The notes under the pieces are model-generated. The model made no database searches and had not been told where the DNA came from. It worked only from the letters and a program-made list of their open reading frames with translations. A stretch of DNA of 64,000 nt from Chloroflexota bacterium (GTDB taxonomy: Bacteria; Chloroflexota; Dehalococcoidia; Bin125). Positions 29,024 through 41,205 of the stretch are shown in pieces. The stretch lies in the NCBI GenBank assembly GCA_028874365.1, contig JAPPJZ010000047.1, positions 4,306 to 68,305 on the forward strand, given 5' to 3'. Position numbers and translations under genes: made by a program. The first letter of the stretch is position 1, and every line of letters starts with the position of its first letter.

Positions 29024-29467
29024 TTAGCCGGTAGGGCGGCTCATCTCGCGACCGCCGCCGCCTCGACGCCGGCGATGCTCCAGGACTCGCAGTCGCTGCA
29101 ACGAGCGGGCCAGCGCCGCCTGGGCGCGAGCGCGGTCGGCATCGGTGGCCTGTTCCAGGCGTTCAAGCGCACGCTGTCGCGCCGCTTCGGCCCGCTCAGC
29201 GTCGATTTCGCCACCGTGTTCGGCCGCATCGGCGAGCACGGTGACCTCGTCCGAGTGCACCTCAAGGAATCCACCGCCGATGTAGAACTCCTCCACGTCG
29301 TTGCCCGTCTTAACCCGAAGCTCGCCGGGGACCAGAGAAGTAATCAGCGGGGCGTGGTGAGGCAGAATGCCGAGTTCGCCGAGCGACCCGGGTGCGATGA
29401 CCTCGTCGACATCCTCCTGCCGCAGGAGTCGGCGTTCGCCGGTGATGATCTCGAGCGTGAGCGGCAT
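29024..29467 (-). CDS. atpC: ATP synthase F1 epsilon subunit
   Basis: GELGILPHHAPLIT, GGFLEV, operon position. Confidence 0.95.
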   Translation of the reverse strand: MPLTLEIITGERRLLRQEDVDEVIAPGSLGELGILPHHAPLITSLVPGELRVKTGNDVEEFYIGGGFLEVHSDEVTVLADAAEHGGEIDAERAEAARQRALERLEQATDADRARAQAALARSLQRLRVLEHRRRRGGGGREMSRPTG

Positions 29468-29499
29468 GGTGGCGTCCCCTCAGACGTCGTCATTCAAAC

Positions 29500-30933
<1,434 letters not shown>

Positions 30934-31611
30934 CTAGACCGCGCCCACCAGATTGGTGGACTGCCCTGACAGCCATGTCAGTTCGAATTGTGTCAGATCG
31001 TCGACCTGCCAGTCGGAGGCCAGGTCGAGGTGTTTGGTCAGTTCGCTGCGGACCAGCACCACCTTCATCCCCGCGGCGCGGGCGGACTCCACGCCTGCGG
31101 GCGCGTCCTCGACGGCGATGCAATCTTCGGGGTCGAATCCCAACTTCTCGGCCGCCCTGAGATAGATCTCCGGCGACGGCTTGCCCATCGCGACTTCATC
31201 GCCGGCGGTGGTCTGCTCGAAGTATTCGGCCAACCCGGCGCCCGACAGCGCGGCGTCCACCCACACTCGGTGCGACGAACTCGCCACGGCGATCGGCACA
31301 CCGGCGTCTTGTAGCTGCGCGGCCAGTTCGCGTGCCCCGCGAATCAGCGGCGCCCCGGCCAGGTACTGGTCGAGCACATCGGAGTTGTAGCGAGCTTCAA
31401 ACTGGTCGAACGGCATCGTAATCGGATAGCGCTCGCACAGGTCGTCCCAGGTGCTCGTCAGGGTCGTACCCAGGTAGCGGAAGTAGTCATCCAGCGGAAA
31501 CTCGACGCCCTGCTCTTCGAGGATCAGTCGCACGGCCTCGTAGTGCAGCGGCTCGGAGTCCAGCAGGACGCCGTCCATGTCGAAAATCACCGCTGTCGAC
31601 TGTTGCGCCAT
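30934..31611 (-). CDS. HAD-superfamily phosphatase (subfamily IA, beta-PGM/CbbY-like) inside the atp operon
   Basis: DMDGVLLDSE, ASSS, KPSPEIY, EDAPAG. Confidence 0.9.
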   Translation of the reverse strand: MAQQSTAVIFDMDGVLLDSEPLHYEAVRLILEEQGVEFPLDDYFRYLGTTLTSTWDDLCERYPITMPFDQFEARYNSDVLDQYLAGAPLIRGARELAAQLQDAGVPIAVASSSHRVWVDAALSGAGLAEYFEQTTAGDEVAMGKPSPEIYLRAAEKLGFDPEDCIAVEDAPAGVESARAAGMKVVLVRSELTKHLDLASDWQVDDLTQFELTWLSGQSTNLVGAV

Positions 31612-31614
31612 GAG

Positions 31615-32493
31615 CTAGCCCTTGAGCGCCTCGACGCCGCCGGTGATGTCCAGCAGCTCGGACGTAATCTGCTCCTGGCGGGCCTTGTTGTAGACGAGCG
31701 TGAGGTCGGCGATCATGTCGTTCGCCGCGTCGGTGGCGTTGCGCATCGCCACCATGCGGGCCGACTGCTCGGATGCGGCCGCCTCAAGCACGGCCTGGTA
31801 GACAAGCAGGTCGACGTAGCGCGGCAGCAGGTCGGCGAGAACCTCCTGCGGTGACGGCTCGAAGATGTACTGCGTCTCGCCCGACGACTCTTCGTCACTG
31901 GGCGGCGGTTCGACCGGCAGGATCGGCACGGTCACCGGAGTCTGCGTGACCGTGTTGACGAACGAGGCGTAGACCAGTAACACCTGGTCGACGTGACCCG
32001 CGGTGTAGTCGTCAATCGCGATGCGCGAGATCGGCTGCGTCTCGGCCAGGCCGGGGTAATCGCCGAGTTCCTGGAAGCTCGCCCGGAAGTTGATCCCGAA
32101 GCGCTGGAAGTAGTCGCCGCCCTTGCGGCCGACCGGAATCATCGAGATATCGCCGGAACCGCCGGCCTCGGGGCCGAGCACGATTTCGCCTGTGTGCCGC
32201 TCAAGGTTGGCGATCAGGCCGCCGCAGAGTCCGCGGTCAGGCGTGATCAGGATGACGGTCGTCTCGTTGATCTCGCGGCGCTCGAGCAGCGGGTGTGCGG
32301 TGTCCGGGTCGCCGGCGACACCGGAGAGGTGTCCAAGCACGGCCTGCATCTTTTCGGCGTAGGGGCGGGCCTGTAGCGCGCGGTCCTGGGCGCGGCGCAT
32401 CTTCGATGCCGCCACCAGCTGGATCGCGTTCGTGATCTTGGCCGTGTTCTCGACCGAGCGGATACGCCGTCGGATTTCGCGGGTGTTGGCCAT
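31615..32493 (-). CDS. atpG: ATP synthase F1 gamma subunit
   Basis: KITNAIQLVAASK, DRGLCGG, SEQSARMVAM, RQEQITSELLDI. Confidence 0.97.
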   Translation of the reverse strand: MANTREIRRRIRSVENTAKITNAIQLVAASKMRRAQDRALQARPYAEKMQAVLGHLSGVAGDPDTAHPLLERREINETTVILITPDRGLCGGLIANLERHTGEIVLGPEAGGSGDISMIPVGRKGGDYFQRFGINFRASFQELGDYPGLAETQPISRIAIDDYTAGHVDQVLLVYASFVNTVTQTPVTVPILPVEPPPSDEESSGETQYIFEPSPQEVLADLLPRYVDLLVYQAVLEAAASEQSARMVAMRNATDAANDMIADLTLVYNKARQEQITSELLDITGGVEALKG

Positions 32494-32549
32494 CGACCCT
32501 TACTACTCTCAGTTGTTCGCTGTTGCGCCCATAGTCCTCGCTGTCGGAC

Positions 32550-34076
<1,527 letters not shown>

Positions 34077-34098
34077 GATGCTGACTCCTTCGGTGTGG

Positions 34099-34638
34099 TT
34101 AACCCTGCGCGAGTGATCGGCGCATGCTGGACAATCGCGTGCGCACGGACCCGTCGATGATGCGGTCGCCAATCTGGACGACGGCGCCGCCAATGATCTG
34201 ACTGTCGACCGTTTCGCTGAGCGACACGGACTCGGCGTCGGTGTAACGCCGCACCGCCGCTTCCACCGCGGCGCGACCGTCGTCGGACAGCGGCACCGCG
34301 GTCGTCACAGTGGCCTCAGCGACGCCGCGGACGCTGTTTAATCGTCCCCGGAATGCGTCGATGATCTGCGGGGCCAGGTTGGCCCGGCGCTTGCGGACGA
34401 GCAGCTTGGCGAAGTTGCGCGCGTTGCTCTGCAAATCGGGCAACGCGTTGTCGAGGACCTGTTCCTTCTCGTCCTGCGAAACGCGGGTCGAGATCAGAAA
34501 GGCGTAGACCGTCGGCTCGCTGAAGAGCTGCGCGATATCACCCAGATCATCCAGCCAACGATCATGCGACGCCGTGTCGTGCGCAATGCCGAAGACGGCG
34601 TCGGCGTATCGTCGCGCGGCGGGATCGCTCTGCGGCAC
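34099..34638 (-). CDS. atpH: ATP synthase delta subunit
   Basis: [22 protein letters not shown]. Confidence 0.93.
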   Translation of the reverse strand: MPQSDPAARRYADAVFGIAHDTASHDRWLDDLGDIAQLFSEPTVYAFLISTRVSQDEKEQVLDNALPDLQSNARNFAKLLVRKRRANLAPQIIDAFRGRLNSVRGVAEATVTTAVPLSDDGRAAVEAAVRRYTDAESVSLSETVDSQIIGGAVVQIGDRIIDGSVRTRLSSMRRSLAQG

Positions 34639-34657
34639 GCTGGACTCCTAGTTCTGC

Positions 34658-35158
34658 CTAATTCTGTTGGCCGTTGGACGATTCGGCCAGCACGTCCGCA
34701 ATCAAACGCTGGTGGTCATCGGCGTCGAGCGATTGTTCAATAACCCGCTCGGCCGCCGCAATTGCCATGCCGGCGAACTCGTTGCGCAGCTGCTGAACCG
34801 CCTGATCGCGTTCCTGCTCGATCTCTGAGCGGGCCCGCTCGATCAGTTGTTCAGCCTGGTCGACCGCGTTCTCGCGCGCTTCCGATTCGATCCGCTGCGC
34901 CAGCTCCTGGGCCTGGGCGACGAGGCGTTGCGCCTCCTCGCGGCCCTGCTGGATCTCGGCTCGAGCTTCGGCGCGCGATTCCTCGGCGGCTTCCTGCGCA
35001 CGCTCGGAGGCCGTCAGGCCTTCCTCGATGCGCTTGCGGCGCTCATCGAGCACGCGGCCGAGCGGCTTGTAGAGCAGGATGAACAGCAGCGCAAACAGGA
35101 TGCCGAAACTGACGAAATGCGTAATCAGTCCGGCGAGGTTGAGACCGAGTGCGTCCAT
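34658..35158 (-). CDS. atpF: ATP synthase F0 b subunit
   Basis: N-terminal TM, LYKPLGRVLDERR, coiled coil. Confidence 0.93.
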   Translation of the reverse strand: MDALGLNLAGLITHFVSFGILFALLFILLYKPLGRVLDERRKRIEEGLTASERAQEAAEESRAEARAEIQQGREEAQRLVAQAQELAQRIESEARENAVDQAEQLIERARSEIEQERDQAVQQLRNEFAGMAIAAAERVIEQSLDADDHQRLIADVLAESSNGQQN

Positions 35159-35212
35159 ACCGTCCTGCCAATCAGTCTTTCCGGTCTACCGACCCTGCTG
35201 GTCCTGCCAGCC

Positions 35213-35244
35213 GGCGCCGCGCGCTCAAGAGTGCGTGCGGCGCC
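35213..35244 (-). other. Stem-loop between atpE and atpF
   Basis: GGCGCCGC/GCGGCGCC arms with further inner pairing; possible mRNA-stability element. Confidence 0.4.
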
Positions 35245-35278
35245 GCTCGGATCGGTGTTGCCATCCGGTCGGTCCAAG

Positions 35279-35575
<297 letters not shown>

Positions 35576-35629
35576 TTATTCAGGCGGAAGCCCAACCGGT
35601 CGCCCGGGGTGGGGGTCCGCCGTCGTTCC

Positions 35630-37183
35630 TTAGTGTTCGGCCGCCTCGTCGTGGTGCTCGTCGTGATCGCCGACCGCGGTCGAAGCGAACACGAGCGTCA
35701 ACATGGCAAAGACGAACGCCTGGATGAAGCCGACGAATACTTCGAGACCGAAGAACACCGTCGGCACCACAAAGGCGACCAGGAACATCGAGATAAACAG
35801 CACCACCTCGCCGGCGAAGATGTTGCCAAACAGACGGAAGGTGAACGAGATCACGCGTCCGACCTCGGAGACAATCTCCAGCACTCCGACGAACACCCCC
35901 ATCGGTCCCTTGACGATTGCGTGCGAGCCGACGCCGATGTACTTGCCGAAGTTGGCCCCAACCCCCACCCCGCGCATGCCGAAGTACTGCACCGCGAGGA
36001 ACGACCAGAGCGCGAGCGCCAGCGGCAGGTTCACGTCTGACGCCAGAGCCCGGAAGATGGGGAAGATGTGGCCGACGGTCCCGGTCGTCTCGCCGGTCTC
36101 CTCGTCGACGTAGCCCTTCTCCTCCATCCGCAGGATGAAGCCAAGGTGCGCCGTGTTGACCGTGGTCGGTACGACCGCCGGCTCGAAGTCGCCGATCGCC
36201 GTCTCGCACTCGATCAGGCAGAGCTGCGCCACGCTGCCGTCCGCGGCTGGCTCAATCACGAGCGGTTCGCCAAACGCGTCGTAGGAAAAGTCGCGACTCT
36301 CGGCGAAGAGCGTACGTGGCGGAATGATCTTGAACCCGTCGCCGGAAAGAATCGGTCCCGTCGCTTTGACCAGTTCCGCGTCCCCGGCCACGATCGGCAG
36401 GTTGAAGACCATCGCGTACTCGAGTTCGTGGTGGCCTTCGTCGTGGATACCGGCCGCCTCGAGGCGGGTTTCGATCTCGTGGACCAGGTCCTCGGCCTTC
36501 GTGCCCTGGGGAATCGGGTTCGTCCAGAACTCGCTGCGGACAGCGAACTCGGTGTCGGTCAGGTGATGCTTGCGGATCTTGTGGATGATCTCGTCCGACT
36601 TGTCCTGCTTGTCGACCTTGAACGGAATCGGCTCGAAGAAGGCGTTGCCGAACGCGTCGTTGATCGCGTCGATCTCATGATCCGACAGGCTGCGCTCGCC
36701 GTGCTCAAGATCCTCGACCACCTCCATCACCGAGACTTCCATCTCGTGCAGATAGTGGTAGCGGTAGTTCTCGACCGGGCCGATCACGTTGTTCCAGGGG
36801 AACAGCGCAAACCAGTTGCCGATCAGCAGGAAGATGAAAATCGTGAAGACGAAGGGGAAGAACTTCTTCCCGTTGCGCTCGCCGCCGACCTGCTGGGCGA
36901 TGTTGAGGAAGGCCTCGTAGATCGCCTCGACCAGGTTCTGGAATCCCGACGGTACCAGCGCCTGCTCGACATCCTTGGTCCGCCGCCAGACGACGAACGC
37001 GGCGATCCCCAGCAGCACGATCACGACCCAGGCCGAGAGGATCGTGTTGGTGATCTCGTAGGAGCCGATCGAGACGACGGGCTCAGCGGCCAGAGCGATG
37101 ACCGGCGCGGGAGCGCGGACGACGAAGAAACCAAACACCGCGAACGCGAGCACCGCGAAGATGATCAGGCGTCTTCGGCTCAC
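35630..37183 (-). CDS. atpB: ATP synthase F0 a subunit with a ~235-aa insertion, 517 aa
   Basis: FQNLVE, NWFALFP, RALASDVN, SFTFRLFGNIFAGE, FIQAFVFAML; non-canonical block at about residues 137-370. Confidence 0.92.
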   Translation of the reverse strand: MSRRRLIIFAVLAFAVFGFFVVRAPAPVIALAAEPVVSIGSYEITNTILSAWVVIVLLGIAAFVVWRRTKDVEQALVPSGFQNLVEAIYEAFLNIAQQVGGERNGKKFFPFVFTIFIFLLIGNWFALFPWNNVIGPVENYRYHYLHEMEVSVMEVVEDLEHGERSLSDHEIDAINDAFGNAFFEPIPFKVDKQDKSDEIIHKIRKHHLTDTEFAVRSEFWTNPIPQGTKAEDLVHEIETRLEAAGIHDEGHHELEYAMVFNLPIVAGDAELVKATGPILSGDGFKIIPPRTLFAESRDFSYDAFGEPLVIEPAADGSVAQLCLIECETAIGDFEPAVVPTTVNTAHLGFILRMEEKGYVDEETGETTGTVGHIFPIFRALASDVNLPLALALWSFLAVQYFGMRGVGVGANFGKYIGVGSHAIVKGPMGVFVGVLEIVSEVGRVISFTFRLFGNIFAGEVVLFISMFLVAFVVPTVFFGLEVFVGFIQAFVFAMLTLVFASTAVGDHDEHHDEAAEH

Positions 37184-37467
37184 GCGCGCTCCTCCTCATC
37201 CTGTTCGTCGTCGGCCGGCGCGTCGTCGTTCGGAGGGCGCCGCTCTGCTTGTCGTTGCCGCGCTTGAGCGGCGAATAGGTCTTGCAACATCCGGTATCCG
37301 CCCCAGCCGGCAGTCGCCAGTCCGAGGGCGAGCCCGACGAGCGTGAGCGCGAATCCCGTGCCTAGCTCGTCGTCCAGCAGGACTCCGCCGACAACGCCCA
37401 GCACGATGCACGTGGCCACGTACCAGCCGATGCCCATGAGTTGCATGGCCGGCGGCCACTGTCTCAT
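37180..37467 (-). CDS. AtpZ/AtpI-family small membrane protein
   Basis: Two TM helices, GxxxGxLLD pattern, first gene of the atp operon. Confidence 0.85.
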   Translation of the reverse strand: MRQWPPAMQLMGIGWYVATCIVLGVVGGVLLDDELGTGFALTLVGLALGLATAGWGGYRMLQDLFAAQARQRQAERRPPNDDAPADDEQDEEERA

Positions 37468-37509
37468 GGAGGACTCCCCTGCTGGAGGTAAACCTCCTTG
37501 GCGGAAGCA

Positions 37510-37527
37510 ATGTGAAGGCTATCACAG
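37510..37527. promoter_or_regulatory. Candidate Rex operator upstream of the atp operon
   Basis: ATGTGAA-GGCT-ATCACAG matches TTGTGAA-N4-TTCACAA at 11 of 14 positions, about 40 nt before the first atp ATG. Confidence 0.55.
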
Positions 37528-37601
37528 GCTCCACTTGCGACAAGACACCGCCGCCACCGCCTGAACCGATTCCGAAGCCCGCGGATGTTGTGTAGTGCGG
37601 A

Positions 37602-38123
37602 TTACTCGAAGTCGTCCATGTCGAGCGACTCGATGAAATCGCGGAAGGCTGACATCTTCTCCAGCTCTTCCGGCTTCACCGGCTCCGGCCGGCCCTCCTC
37701 GTCGGTCGAGACCAGCCCTTCGTCGTCGAGCAACACCCCGGCCTGGTCAATCACCTCATCCTCAACAAAGATCGGCGCCTCCGCGCGCACGGCGAGCGCA
37801 ATGGCATCCGACGGACGCGAATCGATCTCCACCTGCTCGTTGTTCACGTCCAGGAACACCCGCGCGTAGTACGTGTCGTTGCGCACCTCGGTTACCACCA
37901 CCCGCGACACGCTCGCCCCGAGCTCCTGCATCACGTTCGTCATCAGATCGTGCGTCATCGGACGCTGCACCGAGACGTTCTGCAGACGAATCGCGATCGC
38001 ATCCGCCTCGGCCGCGCCGATGTAGATCGTCAGGTAGCGGTCGGCGTCCTTCTCCTTGAGCACCACCACACGGTTGTAGTTCATCAGGGAGACGCGAAGC
38101 GCTTCGATCGTGACTTCTTTCAT
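37602..38123 (-). CDS. Bifunctional nuclease (BFN/DUF151) family
   Basis: IYIGAAEADAI, RPMTHDL, IDSRPSDAIALA. Confidence 0.92.
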   Translation of the reverse strand: MKEVTIEALRVSLMNYNRVVVLKEKDADRYLTIYIGAAEADAIAIRLQNVSVQRPMTHDLMTNVMQELGASVSRVVVTEVRNDTYYARVFLDVNNEQVEIDSRPSDAIALAVRAEAPIFVEDEVIDQAGVLLDDEGLVSTDEEGRPEPVKPEELEKMSAFRDFIESLDMDDFE

Positions 38124-38234
38124 GTCGCGTTCCCCCTTCTACCTGCGCCGCTTCCAAGCGGTGCGCCGCCTGCCGTGTCAGATTAGCGTAGGCCGAGCAC
38201 GCGCCGAGCCAACCGTTCGCGCACGGCAAACTGT

Positions 38235-39569
38235 TCAGTCCGTCGACAACTCGGGCGGCGGACTCGTCGGCCCGCCGCGGCCGAGCCAGAGCGAGGCCAG
38301 CGTAAACACGAACAACCCTCCGCCGAGCAGGAACAGACCCTGTCGCACGCCCGCCGCGTCCGACACGCCGCCAACCAGCAGCAACGCCAGCATCGAGACC
38401 GCGTTGGCCAGCATCATCTGCGCCGAGAACAGCCGGCCGCGCATCTCCGGTGGCGAGCGCTCCTGCAGCAGCGTCTGCGCCGGCGCGTTCACCATCGCGT
38501 AGGCCAGACCCAGCGGAAACGCCATGATCAGCGTGGCGGCGAGCAACCAGTCCTGGGTCGAGCCGGTCGAGCGCAGGAAGTCCAGGACGCCAAACACCGT
38601 GACGATCACCGTGATCACCGCCAGCCCGAACGACGCCATGATGTTCATCGGGATGCGTTTCCCGATCCGCGGAACGAAGACCAGCGCGAGCAGCGCCCCC
38701 AGTCCCGTCGGCCAGAAGACGTACACCGCGTCCTCCTCCGCCCGGCCGAGCACGTCATGCACAAACTGCGGAACCAGCACGGCGAACATGAACAGCATCA
38801 TCACGCCGGAAATCAGCTGAATCAGCGCCAGCGCGGTCAGCCGGTCGCGCCAGACCAGGTCGCCCGCCGAGCGGATGTCGTGCAACGTCGTCGCGAACGC
38901 GGCCCGGATCTGCCCAAAGTCCTCCGATACGCGGTGCGGACTGCGGTCGAACGGCAGCAGCGCCGGCAGAAACCCGAGCAGCACAGCCGAGCAGATCAAG
39001 GCGACCGCGCTGACGATGTACGAAGCGTCGTAGCCGATCACCTTGAGCATGATCGGCGCCAGAATGACGAGCCCGATCAGCTGCGTCGACATGGTCGTGA
39101 ACTGAAACGCCGAGTTCGCCGAGAGCAGTTGTTGCCGCGCGACAAACCGCGGCAGCGCCGCCGCGCCCGCCGGTACCGCGAACTGCCCCGCCAGCGCCGT
39201 GCCAAACGCAACCGCATAGACCGCGCCGACCGAGACATTGTCCGCCAGCAACAGCAGCGCTGTGAGGCCGGCGCGAATGATCACGGCGACGATCATCACC
39301 CGCCGCTTGTCGAGCCGATCCAGCAACACCCCGGCAACCGCACCCGTGACCACCGGCGGCGCGGCCAGACAGATCACCAGCAGCGTCGAGGCGAACGGCG
39401 AACCGGTCTGTTCGAGCACCCAGATCAGCAGCACGAACTGGATCGCCGAGTTGATCGTCAGCTGAATCCCGGTCGCCGACCAGAGCGCCAGAAACGGCCG
39501 GTTACGGAACAGCGGACCGACCGCCGGCTCGGCAGTCGTCCCTGAGTCGGCGTCCGGCTCCGCAGTCAC
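38235..39569 (-). CDS. MFS transporter, 444 aa
   Basis: FRNRPFLALW, GVLLDRLDKRRVM motif A, about 12 TM; GTG start overlaps the pyrF TGA. Confidence 0.88.
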   Translation of the reverse strand: MTAEPDADSGTTAEPAVGPLFRNRPFLALWSATGIQLTINSAIQFVLLIWVLEQTGSPFASTLLVICLAAPPVVTGAVAGVLLDRLDKRRVMIVAVIIRAGLTALLLLADNVSVGAVYAVAFGTALAGQFAVPAGAAALPRFVARQQLLSANSAFQFTTMSTQLIGLVILAPIMLKVIGYDASYIVSAVALICSAVLLGFLPALLPFDRSPHRVSEDFGQIRAAFATTLHDIRSAGDLVWRDRLTALALIQLISGVMMLFMFAVLVPQFVHDVLGRAEEDAVYVFWPTGLGALLALVFVPRIGKRIPMNIMASFGLAVITVIVTVFGVLDFLRSTGSTQDWLLAATLIMAFPLGLAYAMVNAPAQTLLQERSPPEMRGRLFSAQMMLANAVSMLALLLVGGVSDAAGVRQGLFLLGGGLFVFTLASLWLGRGGPTSPPPELSTD

Positions 39570-40387
39570 GAAGCCGCACTCTTGGGATTCGCCGCATTCG
39601 CCGCGTCTCGCAGCTCTGCGGCGGCGGCCCGGATCTGGTCGGGCATTCCCGCATAGATGACCGAACGCGAGGCCGACACCAGCAATCCACGACCGCGCGC
39701 ATCGACGCCCGCTCCGACCGAGGCCTCGAGGTCGCCGCCCTGTGCGCCGATCCCCGGTAGCAGAATCGGCATCTCGGGACAGCGCGCCCTCACATCGGCC
39801 AACTCCTTCGGCCACGTCGCACCGACGACCAGCCCCAGATTCCGATGATGCGACTCGCCCCACTCGCGCGCCCTTTCGGCGACGCCGAGATACAGCGGCT
39901 CGCCATCGGCCATCGGCAGCGATTGCAGGTCGGACGCGCCGGGATTGGACGTGCGGCAGAGGGCGAACGCGCCGCGCTCAGGACGCTGCAGGAATGGCGC
40001 GACCGCATCGCCGCCCAGATATGGATTAATCGTCACCGCGTCGGCGTCGAACCAGTCGAATGCGCTCGAGGCGTACGCCTCGGCCGTATTGCCGATGTCG
40101 TTGCGCTTGGCGTCGAGGATGACCATCGCATCCGGCGCGAGCCTGCGAACCGTCGCGATCGTGTCCCTCAGCGCCTGCCAGCCCACATCCCCGGCCACCT
40201 CGTAGAAGGCCGATTGCGGCTTGAACGCGCAGACGAGGTCGGCGCACGCTTCGATCACTCGTGTATTGAACCGCAGAATCTCTTCCGGCAGCGTGCGCGC
40301 CGGCTGAGGATCGAGTCCAACGCAGATCAGGGAGTCGGCGGCGTCCATCGCCGAGACGAGGCGGTCGGCAAATGCTGAAGTCGCCAT
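39566..40387 (-). CDS. pyrF: Orotidine-5'-phosphate decarboxylase (type 2)
   Basis: ICVGLDP, AFKPQSAFY, LDAKRNDIGNT, RTSNPG, LLPGIGAQGG. Confidence 0.95.
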   Translation of the reverse strand: MATSAFADRLVSAMDAADSLICVGLDPQPARTLPEEILRFNTRVIEACADLVCAFKPQSAFYEVAGDVGWQALRDTIATVRRLAPDAMVILDAKRNDIGNTAEAYASSAFDWFDADAVTINPYLGGDAVAPFLQRPERGAFALCRTSNPGASDLQSLPMADGEPLYLGVAERAREWGESHHRNLGLVVGATWPKELADVRARCPEMPILLPGIGAQGGDLEASVGAGVDARGRGLLVSASRSVIYAGMPDQIRAAAAELRDAANAANPKSAAS

Positions 40388-40431
40388 GCTGCAAGGGTAT
40401 CCCCGACCCGGGCCCACCGTAGGCTGCAACG

Positions 40432-41205
40432 GTGTCAGATCCTCAACTTGACCGGCCTCCCGAGCTGGAGGTCTACATCCAGCCTCCACCTGCCAGCGCC
40501 CTGAACGGCGCGGCAGTCATCGTGCTCGACATCTTCCGCGCCACGACCGTGCACGCCGCTCTGTTCTCGGGCGGCGCCTCCGCCGTCTACCCGGTCGAGG
40601 ATTTCACTGCTGGCGTCGCCCTTCGCGACGCGGTGCCCGGCAGCCGATTGATCGGCGAGGTCGGAGCACTGCCACCTCCCGAAGCGGACTTCGGCAACTC
40701 GCCGACCGAGTTCGACGCGATGGACCTCACGGATTGGACGGTCGTACACGTGACCAGCAACGGCACCAGGGCCCTGGTCGGCGCGTCGCAGGCCGACTTC
40801 GTCCTCTCTGGCTGTCTGCGCAACATGTCCGCCGGCATTCGTCACGTGCTCGCGCAGCAAGCGCAGCGCGTGGCAATCGTCTGCAGCGGCGACCACGGCG
40901 GCACCGCGCCGTCGGTCGAAGACACGTTCGCGGCCGGAGCCCATGTCACCGCAATCAAGCGCATGGCGCCCGAGTCAGTCCTCAAGGGCGGCGCTCGCCT
41001 GGCGCTCAAGCTCTACCACGCCTACGGACGCTCGCCCTCGCGAGCCTTCGCCGATTCTCCGCACGGCGACCACCTGCAGAAGCTGGGATTTCAGGCCGAC
41101 TTCAAGTACGCCGGTGATATCGACGCGGATTCGACCGTGATCGAACTTGGCGCGGACGACTCAGGACGGCCCGTCCTTAAGCGCGTCCCAGCTCTGTTGC
41201 ATTGA
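40432..41205 (+). CDS. comB: 2-phosphosulfolactate phosphatase (ComB) family
   Basis: VLDIFRATT, FGNSPTE, TSNGT, GCLRN, VEDTFAAG. Confidence 0.85.
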   Translation: MSDPQLDRPPELEVYIQPPPASALNGAAVIVLDIFRATTVHAALFSGGASAVYPVEDFTAGVALRDAVPGSRLIGEVGALPPPEADFGNSPTEFDAMDLTDWTVVHVTSNGTRALVGASQADFVLSGCLRNMSAGIRHVLAQQAQRVAIVCSGDHGGTAPSVEDTFAAGAHVTAIKRMAPESVLKGGARLALKLYHAYGRSPSRAFADSPHGDHLQKLGFQADFKYAGDIDADSTVIELGADDSGRPVLKRVPALLH

